From IMG/VR virus record IMGVR_UViG_3300049135_000064: a stretch of 20,000 nt of DNA. One strand, given 5' to 3'. This stretch comes from an uncultured virus (IMG/VR IMGVR_UViG_3300049135_000064) (Duplodnaviria > Heunggongvirae > Uroviricota > Caudoviricetes). Positions 7,670 to 15,876 of this stretch are shown in pieces. Below the pieces are notes generated by a model. That model worked only from the letters and a program-made list of their open reading frames with translations, was not told the origin of the DNA and searched no databases. How positions within the stretch are numbered: the stretch's first letter is position 1; each line of letters opens with the position of its first letter. The position numbers and the translations under genes were made by a program.

Positions 7670-8142
7670 TGGCGGGTTACCGGCCGGTCTTCGTCCGGGT
7701 CGACGAGAAGGGCGTGCAGCGGTTCATCTCCCCCGGCGGCGACGTGTGGGACCTGATCGACGACATCGCGGTGAGGACCGCGCAGAACGCGGTGGCCATC
7801 CTCATCCTCGGCGGGCACGTCCGCAAGGGCCACGCCGGTGGCCTGATCGGAAACATCACGGCGAACAACCCGAAACGGACCGCGCCGTTCGGGATACAGG
7901 CCGCGGTGTGGGCCAACGTCCGCCACGCCGTCATCGTCCACGAGGGCAGCAAGGCGCAAATCACCGCTGGCGGAAAGTTTATGCCGGTTCCCACGAACCG
8001 CAGGGCCATTCACCGGGGGTCTGTGCTGGCTGCAGCCGGTGATAGGGGCGCTTACGGGCTGCATAAACGGGTTAGCGGACAGAGAGCCATCAAGTATCTG
8101 GACAAGGGACTCGGACTAGCCATGGCCTCCAAACGCTTCTAG
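7669..8142 (+). CDS. HK97 gp10-like tail completion / neck protein, 157 aa
   Basis: TAATG coupling. Basic protein with HAVIVHEGS and V.GQRAIKYL motifs typical of this family. Confidence 0.65.
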   Translation: MAGYRPVFVRVDEKGVQRFISPGGDVWDLIDDIAVRTAQNAVAILILGGHVRKGHAGGLIGNITANNPKRTAPFGIQAAVWANVRHAVIVHEGSKAQITAGGKFMPVPTNRRAIHRGSVLAAAGDRGAYGLHKRVSGQRAIKYLDKGLGLAMASKRF

Positions 8143-8209
8143 GCAGCTAATCTGGGATAACGGGCCGGGTATCCGGTTTATGGAGACGACAATCTAGGAG
8201 ACTGAACAC

Positions 8210-8656
8210 ATGAAGGAATTTGTAACAGCCGCCAAGGATGGTTTCGGTGAAGTCGACGATGAAGATGCCATTGTCTTCAAGCACGACGACCGCGAAGTCA
8301 CGTTTTTCAAGCCGGCCACCGGGCAGATGGCAATCATGATGGCGATGGCGGGCCGGGACATGGGGAGCAAGGAGGCCGGACAGTTCATCAACCTGTTCTT
8401 CTCCCTGATGGACGACGACACCAGCCGCTACTTCGAGTCACGGCTCATGGACCGCAAGGACCCGTTCGACCTGGACTCCGAGGGCGGCATCTTCGACATC
8501 TGGTACGAGCTGGGCGAGGAGTGGTCCGCCCGCCCTACGAAAAAGCCTGCCGACTATCAGCCACCGCGGCGGGCAACTGGGAAGCCATCGACGGCACCTA
8601 CACGGGCCAAGGCGTCGACCTCCTCAAAGCGCCGTTCGACCGCTTCCTCTCAGTAG
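8210..8656 (+). CDS. Tail assembly chaperone (gpG-like), 148 aa
   Basis: SD TAGGAGA. Acidic core followed by ...EEWSARPT and a low-complexity basic tail. Located two ORFs before the tape measure gene. Confidence 0.8.
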   Translation: MKEFVTAAKDGFGEVDDEDAIVFKHDDREVTFFKPATGQMAIMMAMAGRDMGSKEAGQFINLFFSLMDDDTSRYFESRLMDRKDPFDLDSEGGIFDIWYELGEEWSARPTKKPADYQPPRRATGKPSTAPTRAKASTSSKRRSTASSQ

Positions 8657-8793
8657 TCCACCGGTGGGGGATGGAGCACCAGAGCGAGGAGGACGCCCGG
8701 AAGTGGGACGCCGGACTGGACGCCCCGCTGCCGCACCTGAACCGACGCATTGATCCGCAGAAGGAACTGGACCAGCTGACCGGCTTGGTCTGA
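8210..8793 (+). CDS. Tail assembly chaperone gpGT-like fusion via -1 frameshift near 8531-8545 (about 194 aa)
   Basis: The overlapping -1 frame ORF (8521-8793; WEAIDG...GVDLLKAPFDRFLSVVHRW) has no convincing start of its own. Candidate slip site CGC CCT ACG AAA AAG. Confidence 0.65.
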
Positions 8794-8796
8794 ACG

Positions 8797-8813
8797 GGAT
8801 GTACATACATCCG
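8797..8813. promoter_or_regulatory. Palindromic operator-like site, copy 1 (GGATGTA-CA-TACATCC-G)
   Basis: 7-bp inverted repeat with a 2-nt centre, immediately 5' of the tape measure SD (GGAAGGGAGG). An identical copy is at 13354-13370. Confidence 0.6.
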
Positions 8814-8827
8814 GAAGGGAGGCCGCC

Positions 8828-11800
8828 ATGGCCACCAAGGTGGGCGACGCCTACATCGAGGTCCATGGCGATCTTTCCCGTTTCCGGAAGGACCTGAACA
8901 AGGCCGCGAAGGCCGGGCGCGAGGCGGGCGCGGAGTCCGCCGAAAGCTTCTGGGACGGCTGGAACCGGCGCTCCGAGAAGGAGTGGACCGACCAGTGGCA
9001 GGGCCTGCTCGACGCCATGTACTCGGGCAAAAAGGTCGACTGGGAGAAGGCGCTGGGCAGGCTCGATTCCGACGACCTCGACGCCGCGCGGAACAAGATG
9101 TACGACCTCGTCGAGGAAGCGGAGAACTTCAACAAGGTCACGGACGAGGGCGAAAAGGAAGACCAGGAGCGGTACGGCAAGCTGATCGACGCGATCGACG
9201 CGGCCGTCGACTCCGTCAAGAAGCAGCGCAAGATCGAGGGCCAGCTCGCCGCGGACCGCAAGATGTGGGAGCGGGCCCACCTGACCATGATGGCCAACAA
9301 GGCCGCGTTCGAGGACGACTTCAACCGGGACTACGCGGCAGCGGTCCGGGAGAACATGCGGTTCGACAAGAACGCCGCGGCCGAGCGCGTCCGGCTGGCG
9401 AAGGAGGCAGCGCAGGCGGAAGTCGACCGGCTGGCCAAGGTCAAGGCCGCGATGGAGACGTACAAGCGCAGCTGGGTCGGCATGATCAAGGCCTCCAAGG
9501 AAGCCCGGATCGAGAAGGACATCCAGAAGATCGTCGACGCATGGGAACGCGCCGACTGGTCCGGCATGACCAAGGGCGCCAAGGACCTCGACGTGCTCGG
9601 GGCCCGGGTGCGCAACACCATCAAGACCATGGAGGACATGGGCCGGGTCTCCACCGAGACGGCGGAGCAGATCCGCAAGTCCATCTCCCACCACCTCAAC
9701 GACGAGGAAAACCGCCGGCTGGCGATCATCAAGACAAAGGAGGAGGCCGAGCGGTACAAGAAGTCACTGGTCGGCCTCTCCGACGCCCACAAGGATGCCA
9801 CCACCGTCAAGGAGTGGAAGGCCCTCGCCGCGGCGATCGGCTCCATGGACTTCTCCAAGATTGCCAAGGGGCACAAAAACTGGAAATCGCTCGAGGACCA
9901 GATCCGCAAGACCGCCGCCGCCGCGGAGCAGATGGGCATCGCCACCAAGGCGGACCTGGACACCATCTCCGTCCACACGCAGCGCGCGAAGAACAACATG
10001 CGCCAGTTCAACGTCGAGCTGAGCAACGGCTTCAAGCTGGCGAACCCGCTCAAGGGCATCTTCGAGAAGATGTCGACGTCGTGGGCCCGGATGGACGACA
10101 CCGTGCGGACCGTGCTCACCCTGATCGCCACGGGTGCCGGGCCGATGGCCACGCTCGGCTCCGGGCTCGCCGGGTCCGTCACCGCCATCGCGTCCTCGAT
10201 CGGCATGGCCGCCGCCGCGCTGATCCCGCTGGCCACCGGCGTGGTCGGCCTCGGTGCCGCAGCCGGGCTGGCCGTCACCAGCTGGGACGAGGTGGTCAAG
10301 CACCTGCCCCGGATCAACACCTCCCTCAAGGACATCGGGGCGACGTGGACCGAGCAGGCGTCCATCTTCGGCCGCGAATGGCGCGAGACCATCGACGAGC
10401 TGCTGCACGAGTTCTCCACCGGCTTCGCCAAGTACGACTTCGGCGAACCGTTCGGCATCGCCGCCGCCGAAATCACCAATGCCTTTCGCGGCATCGTCAC
10501 GGGCGGTCCGTTCGCGGCCTTCATGGAGCAGATGGAGACCAACATCCCCACCGCCACCGCCGGGCTCGGCGTCGGCTTCGCCGGGGTTTTCTCCACGCTT
10601 ATCTCGCTGCTGGCCGGTGCCGCCCCGGTCGCGGCGGAGCTGGGCACCATGTTCGGCGAGTGGGGCACCAAGCTGGCCGAGGCCACCGAAAAGGCCCGGG
10701 AGACCGGCGTCCTGCAGACGGTGTTCGAGAAGGCCCGCGACTCCCTGGTCGCCGTCCTCGACCTCGCCGGGTCGATCGGCAACGCGCTGGGCACGCTGTT
10801 CATGCTCGGGGCCGACTCCGGAAACCGGATGCTCGGCGTCCTGACCGGCCTCGTCGACAAGTTCAACGCGTGGATGCAGTCCGAAGCCGGGCGGGCGACG
10901 ATGCTCGAATGGTTCCAGAACGCCGAGACCATCATGGGCGCGCTCGGCCCGGTGATCGGCTCCGTCGCCACCGCGCTGGCCGGGCTGGTCACCCCGGAAT
11001 CCATCACCCAGTTCTCCGACCTGATGACCGGCGTCTCCGAGTTCATCCCGATCCTCGGGGAGCTGCTGGGGGCAATCTCCGCGCTGGGCATCTTCAACAC
11101 CCTGGCCGCGCTGCTGAACACCGTGGGCGCGGCGCTGGAGCCGCTGCTGCCGCCGCTCAAGACGCTGCTCACCGCGCTCGGCGAAGGCATGCGCGGGGCC
11201 ATCACGGCGCTGTCGCCGCTGTTCGCATCCATCGGCGCGGCACTGGCCCCGGTCATCCAGCATTTCGCCGAAATCGCGCAGCGCGTCGGGCCCAAGGTGG
11301 TCGAGCTGTTCGGCAAGGTCTCCGAAGCCCTCTCCCCCGTCATCGACGTGGTCGGGCAGGTGGCCGGCGCACTGCTGGGCTTCATCGGCCCGATCCTGGG
11401 CGACCTGCTGATCGGCATCATCGAGGCCGCCATCGACGTCATCGACGGGCTGATCGGCATCTTCAAGGGGCTCGGCGACATCGTGGCCGGTGTCGTGCAG
11501 ATTTTCCAGGGCGATTTCGCCGGGGGCATGGCGACCGTCTGGGACGGCGTGGTGCAGGTCTTCACCGGCGCGGTGACGGCGCTGTGGGGCATCGTCCGGC
11601 TGTGGGTGGTCGGCAAGCTGATCGGCGGGCTCAAGGCCGCGTTCTCCGGGCTCGGCGGCTGGCTCGGCGGGATCGCCAAGAACCTGTGGACCGGCTTCAT
11701 CAACGGCATCAAGTCCGGGTGGGCCGTCATCACCGCCGCGATCGCCACCGCCATCGGCGGGTTCATCGACTTCGTCAAGGGCCTGTTCGGCATCGCCTCC

Positions 11801-13504
11801 CCGTCGACGGTCTTCATGGAAATCGGCACGTTCCTGATCGAGGGCCTGATTCAGGGCATCCAGAACATGATCGGTTTCCTCGTCGAGGTGTTCACCACCA
11901 TCGGCACCGCGATCCTCGACGCCGTCACCGCCTTCGTCACCAATGTGGTGTCGTTCTTCTCGACCGCGTGGAACGGGCTGGTGACGATCGTGACCACGGT
12001 GTGGACCGCGATCCAGACCGCCATCCAGACCGCCATCACCTTCATCCAGACCATCATCACCACCATCTTCACCGCGATCAGCGCCTACATCGGGCTCGCC
12101 ATCGCGGGCTGGCAGCTGATCATCACCACCGTCTGGAACGCGATCAAGACCGTGGTCTCCAACGCGGTCACCGGCGTGCAGACCGTCGTCACCAACGTGT
12201 TCAACGCCGTCTCGACGTTCATCCAGATGATCTGGACCGGGATCAAGGTCTACTTCGGCGTCGCCATGGCGCTGATCCGCATGGTCATCACCACCGCGTG
12301 GAACAACATCAAGACCAACATCACCAACACCATCAACAACATCAAGGCGGTCATCACCACGGTCTGGAACGCCGTGAAGTCCTTCCTGTCCACCACGCTG
12401 AACAACATCAAGACCGGGGTCACCACGGCCTGGAACAACATCAAGACCAATGTCACGAACACCGTCAACGCGGTGAAGACCTTCCTGACCAATACGTGGA
12501 ACAACATCAAGACCGCGGTCACGAACGCGGTGAACGGCGCGAAGTCGAACATCACCACCGCATGGAACAACGTGAAGTCCACGACCAACTCCGTCATCGG
12601 CGCGGTGAAGACGTTCCTGTCCAATACGTGGAACGGGATCAAGACCACGATCACGAACGCAGTGAACGGGGCCAAGTCCAACATCACCACCGCGTTCAAC
12701 AACGCGAAGTCCAGCGTCACCAACATCGTCAACGGCATCGTCGATTTCGTCCGCGGCATCCCGGGCAAGTTCCTCTCCGCCATCTCCGGGGTCTCCCAGC
12801 TGGCGGGCAAGCTCGGCGGCTACGTGCAGCAGGCCAGGACCGCGGTCTCCAACAAGTTCTCCGAAGTGGTCTCCTACGTCTCGGGCATCCCGGGCCGGAT
12901 CCTCTCCGCGCTGGGTAACCTCGGCTCCACCCTCTACACCGCCGGTACGCAGGTGATTTCCGGGTTCATGAACGGCATCGGCTCGATGGCCGGCTCGCTG
13001 ATTTCCAAGGCCACGGGCGTGGTGTCCGGCGCAATCAACGCCGCGAAGAACCTGCTCAACCTCGGCTCGCCGTCGAAGCTGTTCCACCAGTTCGGTGTCT
13101 GGACCGGCGAGGGCCTCGTCGGCGGCCTCGACGCGATGGCCCGCCCGGTCGCGGACGCCGCGGAGAAGATGGCGGCGGCGACGACGGAGGCGTTTGCCTC
13201 CTCCAAGATGCGCGTCGCCGGGCAGGACGCCGGGCGCGGGCTGGCGGACGGGCTGCTGGCTTCCAAGTCCGCGATCGCCGGTGCCTACAAGACGCTGACC
13301 ACCGGCTCGATCAGCGCCACCATCGGCACCACCGGGCAGATCGCCATGAAGCCGGATGTACATACATCCGCGCCGGTCGTCCCGCCGGGGAAGTCGATCA
13401 CCATCGAGTCCGGCGCGATCCAGCTGTCCACCCAGTCCAAGAACCCGGAGACCAGCGCGCACATCCTGCTCGACGAACTGGCCAGCTACGCGAGGATCGG
13501 ATAG
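8828..13504 (+). CDS. Tape measure protein, 1558 aa
   Basis: Follows the chaperone genes. N-terminal VGDAYIEV, long helical Ala/Gly/Leu-rich core, W/F repeats at 11- and 22-aa periodicity (WNNIKT), two GIASPS/GSPSK motifs. Confidence 0.95.
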   Translation: MATKVGDAYIEVHGDLSRFRKDLNKAAKAGREAGAESAESFWDGWNRRSEKEWTDQWQGLLDAMYSGKKVDWEKALGRLDSDDLDAARNKMYDLVEEAENFNKVTDEGEKEDQERYGKLIDAIDAAVDSVKKQRKIEGQLAADRKMWERAHLTMMANKAAFEDDFNRDYAAAVRENMRFDKNAAAERVRLAKEAAQAEVDRLAKVKAAMETYKRSWVGMIKASKEARIEKDIQKIVDAWERADWSGMTKGAKDLDVLGARVRNTIKTMEDMGRVSTETAEQIRKSISHHLNDEENRRLAIIKTKEEAERYKKSLVGLSDAHKDATTVKEWKALAAAIGSMDFSKIAKGHKNWKSLEDQIRKTAAAAEQMGIATKADLDTISVHTQRAKNNMRQFNVELSNGFKLANPLKGIFEKMSTSWARMDDTVRTVLTLIATGAGPMATLGSGLAGSVTAIASSIGMAAAALIPLATGVVGLGAAAGLAVTSWDEVVKHLPRINTSLKDIGATWTEQASIFGREWRETIDELLHEFSTGFAKYDFGEPFGIAAAEITNAFRGIVTGGPFAAFMEQMETNIPTATAGLGVGFAGVFSTLISLLAGAAPVAAELGTMFGEWGTKLAEATEKARETGVLQTVFEKARDSLVAVLDLAGSIGNALGTLFMLGADSGNRMLGVLTGLVDKFNAWMQSEAGRATMLEWFQNAETIMGALGPVIGSVATALAGLVTPESITQFSDLMTGVSEFIPILGELLGAISALGIFNTLAALLNTVGAALEPLLPPLKTLLTALGEGMRGAITALSPLFASIGAALAPVIQHFAEIAQRVGPKVVELFGKVSEALSPVIDVVGQVAGALLGFIGPILGDLLIGIIEAAIDVIDGLIGIFKGLGDIVAGVVQIFQGDFAGGMATVWDGVVQVFTGAVTALWGIVRLWVVGKLIGGLKAAFSGLGGWLGGIAKNLWTGFINGIKSGWAVITAAIATAIGGFIDFVKGLFGIASPSTVFMEIGTFLIEGLIQGIQNMIGFLVEVFTTIGTAILDAVTAFVTNVVSFFSTAWNGLVTIVTTVWTAIQTAIQTAITFIQTIITTIFTAISAYIGLAIAGWQLIITTVWNAIKTVVSNAVTGVQTVVTNVFNAVSTFIQMIWTGIKVYFGVAMALIRMVITTAWNNIKTNITNTINNIKAVITTVWNAVKSFLSTTLNNIKTGVTTAWNNIKTNVTNTVNAVKTFLTNTWNNIKTAVTNAVNGAKSNITTAWNNVKSTTNSVIGAVKTFLSNTWNGIKTTITNAVNGAKSNITTAFNNAKSSVTNIVNGIVDFVRGIPGKFLSAISGVSQLAGKLGGYVQQARTAVSNKFSEVVSYVSGIPGRILSALGNLGSTLYTAGTQVISGFMNGIGSMAGSLISKATGVVSGAINAAKNLLNLGSPSKLFHQFGVWTGEGLVGGLDAMARPVADAAEKMAAATTEAFASSKMRVAGQDAGRGLADGLLASKSAIAGAYKTLTTGSISATIGTTGQIAMKPDVHTSAPVVPPGKSITIESGAIQLSTQSKNPETSAHILLDELASYARIG
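12469..12732 (+). repeat. Tandem 132-bp (44-aa) duplication within the tape measure gene
   Basis: AVKTFLTNTWNNIKTAVTNAVNGAKSNITTAW at 12469 recurs as AVKTFLSNTWNGIKTTITNAVNGAKSNITTAF at 12601. Confidence 0.8.
13353..13370. promoter_or_regulatory. Palindromic operator-like site, copy 2 (CGGATGTA-CA-TACATCCG), inside the 3' end of the tape measure gene
   Basis: 8-bp inverted repeat, with 17 nt identical to 8797-8813. It forces rare codons GAT GTA CAT ACA in a GC3-rich gene. Confidence 0.6.
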
Positions 13505-13507
13505 CCC

Positions 13508-14737
13508 ATGTACGACGGATACCTGCTGTTCAACGAGACGGAGCTGATCAACAAGGGACGCACCGCCGCGTACCTCCGGGCGAACTTCCCCTTCCTCGAC
13601 GTCAAGTGCAAGGCCGACTACCTGCACCACGCGCTGGCCCAGTCCGCGTACGTCTCCCCCGCCGCGGACGCCGCCCCGTGGTACCGCTCGTCCGTCCCGC
13701 ACACCGGGGAGTTCTACGGTTTGTTCCCCTCCGGCGTCGACGGCGACCAGGACTCCAGCCGCGAGGTCACCGTCACGGAGCTGGCCAACGACGGCGCGAT
13801 CCAGTCGCTGCCCCGGCACGGGTCCAAGGAGGTCCGGGTGCGGGCGACGATGTTCGCCAAGACCGAGCGCGGCATGGCCGCCGGGCTGGCATGGCTGCGC
13901 TCGGTCCTCGACGACGCCCCGTGCGGGCCCCGGGACTGGAACTGCGCGGGCCGGGAGCTGCGCTTCTACACCGCCGACCCGTCCAATGCGGACGCAACGG
14001 CGGCGCGGGCGAACCACCGCGCCTATCTGCGGACCATGTTCCGGGTGGAGCCGCTGGAAGGCCCGCGCGTGGTGTACCAGCGCAAAAGCCCGCGCGGCGT
14101 GCACATGGCGGAGGTCGAGTTCATCTTCACCGTCGGCCTGCCGTGGCAGTTCACCATCCAGGAACCTGCCGCCACCACCTCCGGGGTGTCCGCCGCCGCG
14201 GCGTCCGAGGTGTTCTGCCCGCGCCGCACCGACTCCTACGACGACCTCGTCACGGACCCGACGCAGCCCGCCGTGGTGCGCCCGCCGCGCCCGCCGGAGA
14301 TTGCGCCGCTGGCGATGCCGACCGAATGGTCGCGCTACCAGATGACCATCGGCACCACCTTCGGGCACCGGCACGGGCGGGTCATCCCGCAGGTGCACGT
14401 GATCACCGGGGCGGTGGACCGCCGCCAGCTGCGGGTGCGCTTCTACCGGGACGGCCACGACGGGGACTGCGACTTCGAGGGCGAGTTCTACGTCACCTAC
14501 GTGCCTGCCGATTCCGTCCTCAGCATCGACGCCGTCGACCGCACCGTCATGCTCTCCGTCGGCGGGGCGACCGGCGTCGGGGAGTCCAAGCCCGCCGCGA
14601 ACCTCGTCGTCGGCTCCAACGGCCGCCCGCCGAAGTGGCCGTCGATGGCCTGCAACAGCTCGTACAAGGTCATCGTCGACGCGGCCGGCGGACTCAACGG
14701 CACCACCGTGCTCACCGACGTCATGATCAGGGAGTAG
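13508..14737 (+). CDS. Minor tail protein (distal tail / Dit-like), 409 aa
   Basis: First gene after the tape measure. Begins MYDGYLLFNETELIN..RT.AY and contains DAAPWY and EFYG motifs of actinophage minor tail proteins. Confidence 0.8.
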   Translation: MYDGYLLFNETELINKGRTAAYLRANFPFLDVKCKADYLHHALAQSAYVSPAADAAPWYRSSVPHTGEFYGLFPSGVDGDQDSSREVTVTELANDGAIQSLPRHGSKEVRVRATMFAKTERGMAAGLAWLRSVLDDAPCGPRDWNCAGRELRFYTADPSNADATAARANHRAYLRTMFRVEPLEGPRVVYQRKSPRGVHMAEVEFIFTVGLPWQFTIQEPAATTSGVSAAAASEVFCPRRTDSYDDLVTDPTQPAVVRPPRPPEIAPLAMPTEWSRYQMTIGTTFGHRHGRVIPQVHVITGAVDRRQLRVRFYRDGHDGDCDFEGEFYVTYVPADSVLSIDAVDRTVMLSVGGATGVGESKPAANLVVGSNGRPPKWPSMACNSSYKVIVDAAGGLNGTTVLTDVMIRE

Positions 14738-14740
14738 CCC

Positions 14741-15874
14741 ATGGCATTGTTCTGCGACCTCCACTCGGCCCGCATCTACGACCGCGGCGGGGAGCGGCTG
14801 ATCGGCTCGCTGGGCAACCTCTCCCGCGTGAAGTGGGAGCGGCTGCGCGACGACATCTCCCAGGCCACCGTGTACATCGCGGCCCGCAGCGTGGACTGCG
14901 ACACCACGCTGGGCCTGTCGGCGGCGGGGCGGCACGAGCTGGTGATCTTCCGCGGCAACGAGCGGGTCTGGGAGGGCCCGATCACGCACATCGCCTACAC
15001 CAAGAACACGGTGGAGCTGACCGCCCGCGACGTCGGGCACTACCCGTACCGGGCGTTCATGACGCAGGAGTACGACAACACCTATCCGAACATCGGCACC
15101 GTCACCGCCCGGATGAAGCGGATCCTGGAAACGGAGATGGTGCGGTTCGAGGCCCAGGACCCGCCGATCAACTTCCTGCCGCATCTGGTGGTGCACGAGG
15201 ACCCGGGCAACGCCGGGACATCCGCGCACACGCTGCCGTACGAGATGACGGTCTACGAGCACCTCGACAACTTCGCGGCCCGCGGCGGGCTGGACTACAC
15301 GTGCGTGGGCCGGTCCATGCACCTGTGGGACGTGCACAAGCAGAAGATGGGCAAGACCGCGCCGATCACCGAGGAGGATTTCATCGGCGAGGTCGTGATC
15401 ACCGAGTACGGCATGGAGCTGGCCACCGTGTCCGCGATCACGGACGGCAAGGGCCGGGCGGGCATCGCCGGGGCGGCCGACCCCTACTACGGGCTGGTGG
15501 AAGTCCTCGACACCGCCTACGACGAGGCCACCGGCGACGAGTGGGACACCGCGGACGGCGTGGCCGGGGAGCCCGAGCCGCCCTCTGTGGCGGAGATGAA
15601 GTCACAGGCCCAGCGCGTACTGGCCGGTAGAAACCCTACGCCCATCGTTGTCCGGGTTCCCGACAATTCCACCCTGAATCCGCTCGGAGTATTGACGATA
15701 GCGGACCTTGTACCCGGGGTAATGATCCCGCTGCAGGCGAATTTGCCGGGTCGTGCTCTGTCACAGCTGCAGAAGCTGGATAGAGTGACGGTAGAAGAAA
15801 CCGGAGAAGGGGAGACTATCCAGGTTGTTTTGTCTCCTGCACCGGTTGAGGGCAGCAATGAGGAGGATACCTAG
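14741..15874 (+). CDS. Minor tail protein (Tal / baseplate hub-like), 377 aa
   Basis: Second gene after the tape measure. VKWERLRDDISQA, HELVIFRGNERVWEGPI and GGLDYT motifs. Confidence 0.8.
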   Translation: MALFCDLHSARIYDRGGERLIGSLGNLSRVKWERLRDDISQATVYIAARSVDCDTTLGLSAAGRHELVIFRGNERVWEGPITHIAYTKNTVELTARDVGHYPYRAFMTQEYDNTYPNIGTVTARMKRILETEMVRFEAQDPPINFLPHLVVHEDPGNAGTSAHTLPYEMTVYEHLDNFAARGGLDYTCVGRSMHLWDVHKQKMGKTAPITEEDFIGEVVITEYGMELATVSAITDGKGRAGIAGAADPYYGLVEVLDTAYDEATGDEWDTADGVAGEPEPPSVAEMKSQAQRVLAGRNPTPIVVRVPDNSTLNPLGVLTIADLVPGVMIPLQANLPGRALSQLQKLDRVTVEETGEGETIQVVLSPAPVEGSNEEDT

Positions 15875-15876
15875 AC

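Noticed and set aside
8148..8176. Possible promoter (TAATCT) and small CCGG-gtat-CCGG hairpin before the chaperone gene
   Set aside because: No -35 element at proper spacing and only a 4-bp stem, too weak to call.
8983..12918. 1311-aa alternative-frame + ORF inside the tape measure gene (also 13606-15630 and 16182-17015)
   Set aside because: Arg/His/Gly-rich off-frame translations typical of high-GC DNA lacking stop codons.
9764..15337. 1857-aa minus-strand ORF (also 9331-11829, 1248-3035 and 3789-5225)
   Set aside because: Antisense shadows of GC3-biased + strand genes. They have no SD, no recognisable motifs, and a composition that mirrors the sense codons.
15692..15725. TTGACG...TAATGA as an internal promoter for the fibre gene
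   Set aside because: The spacer is 22 bp and the -10 match is poor.
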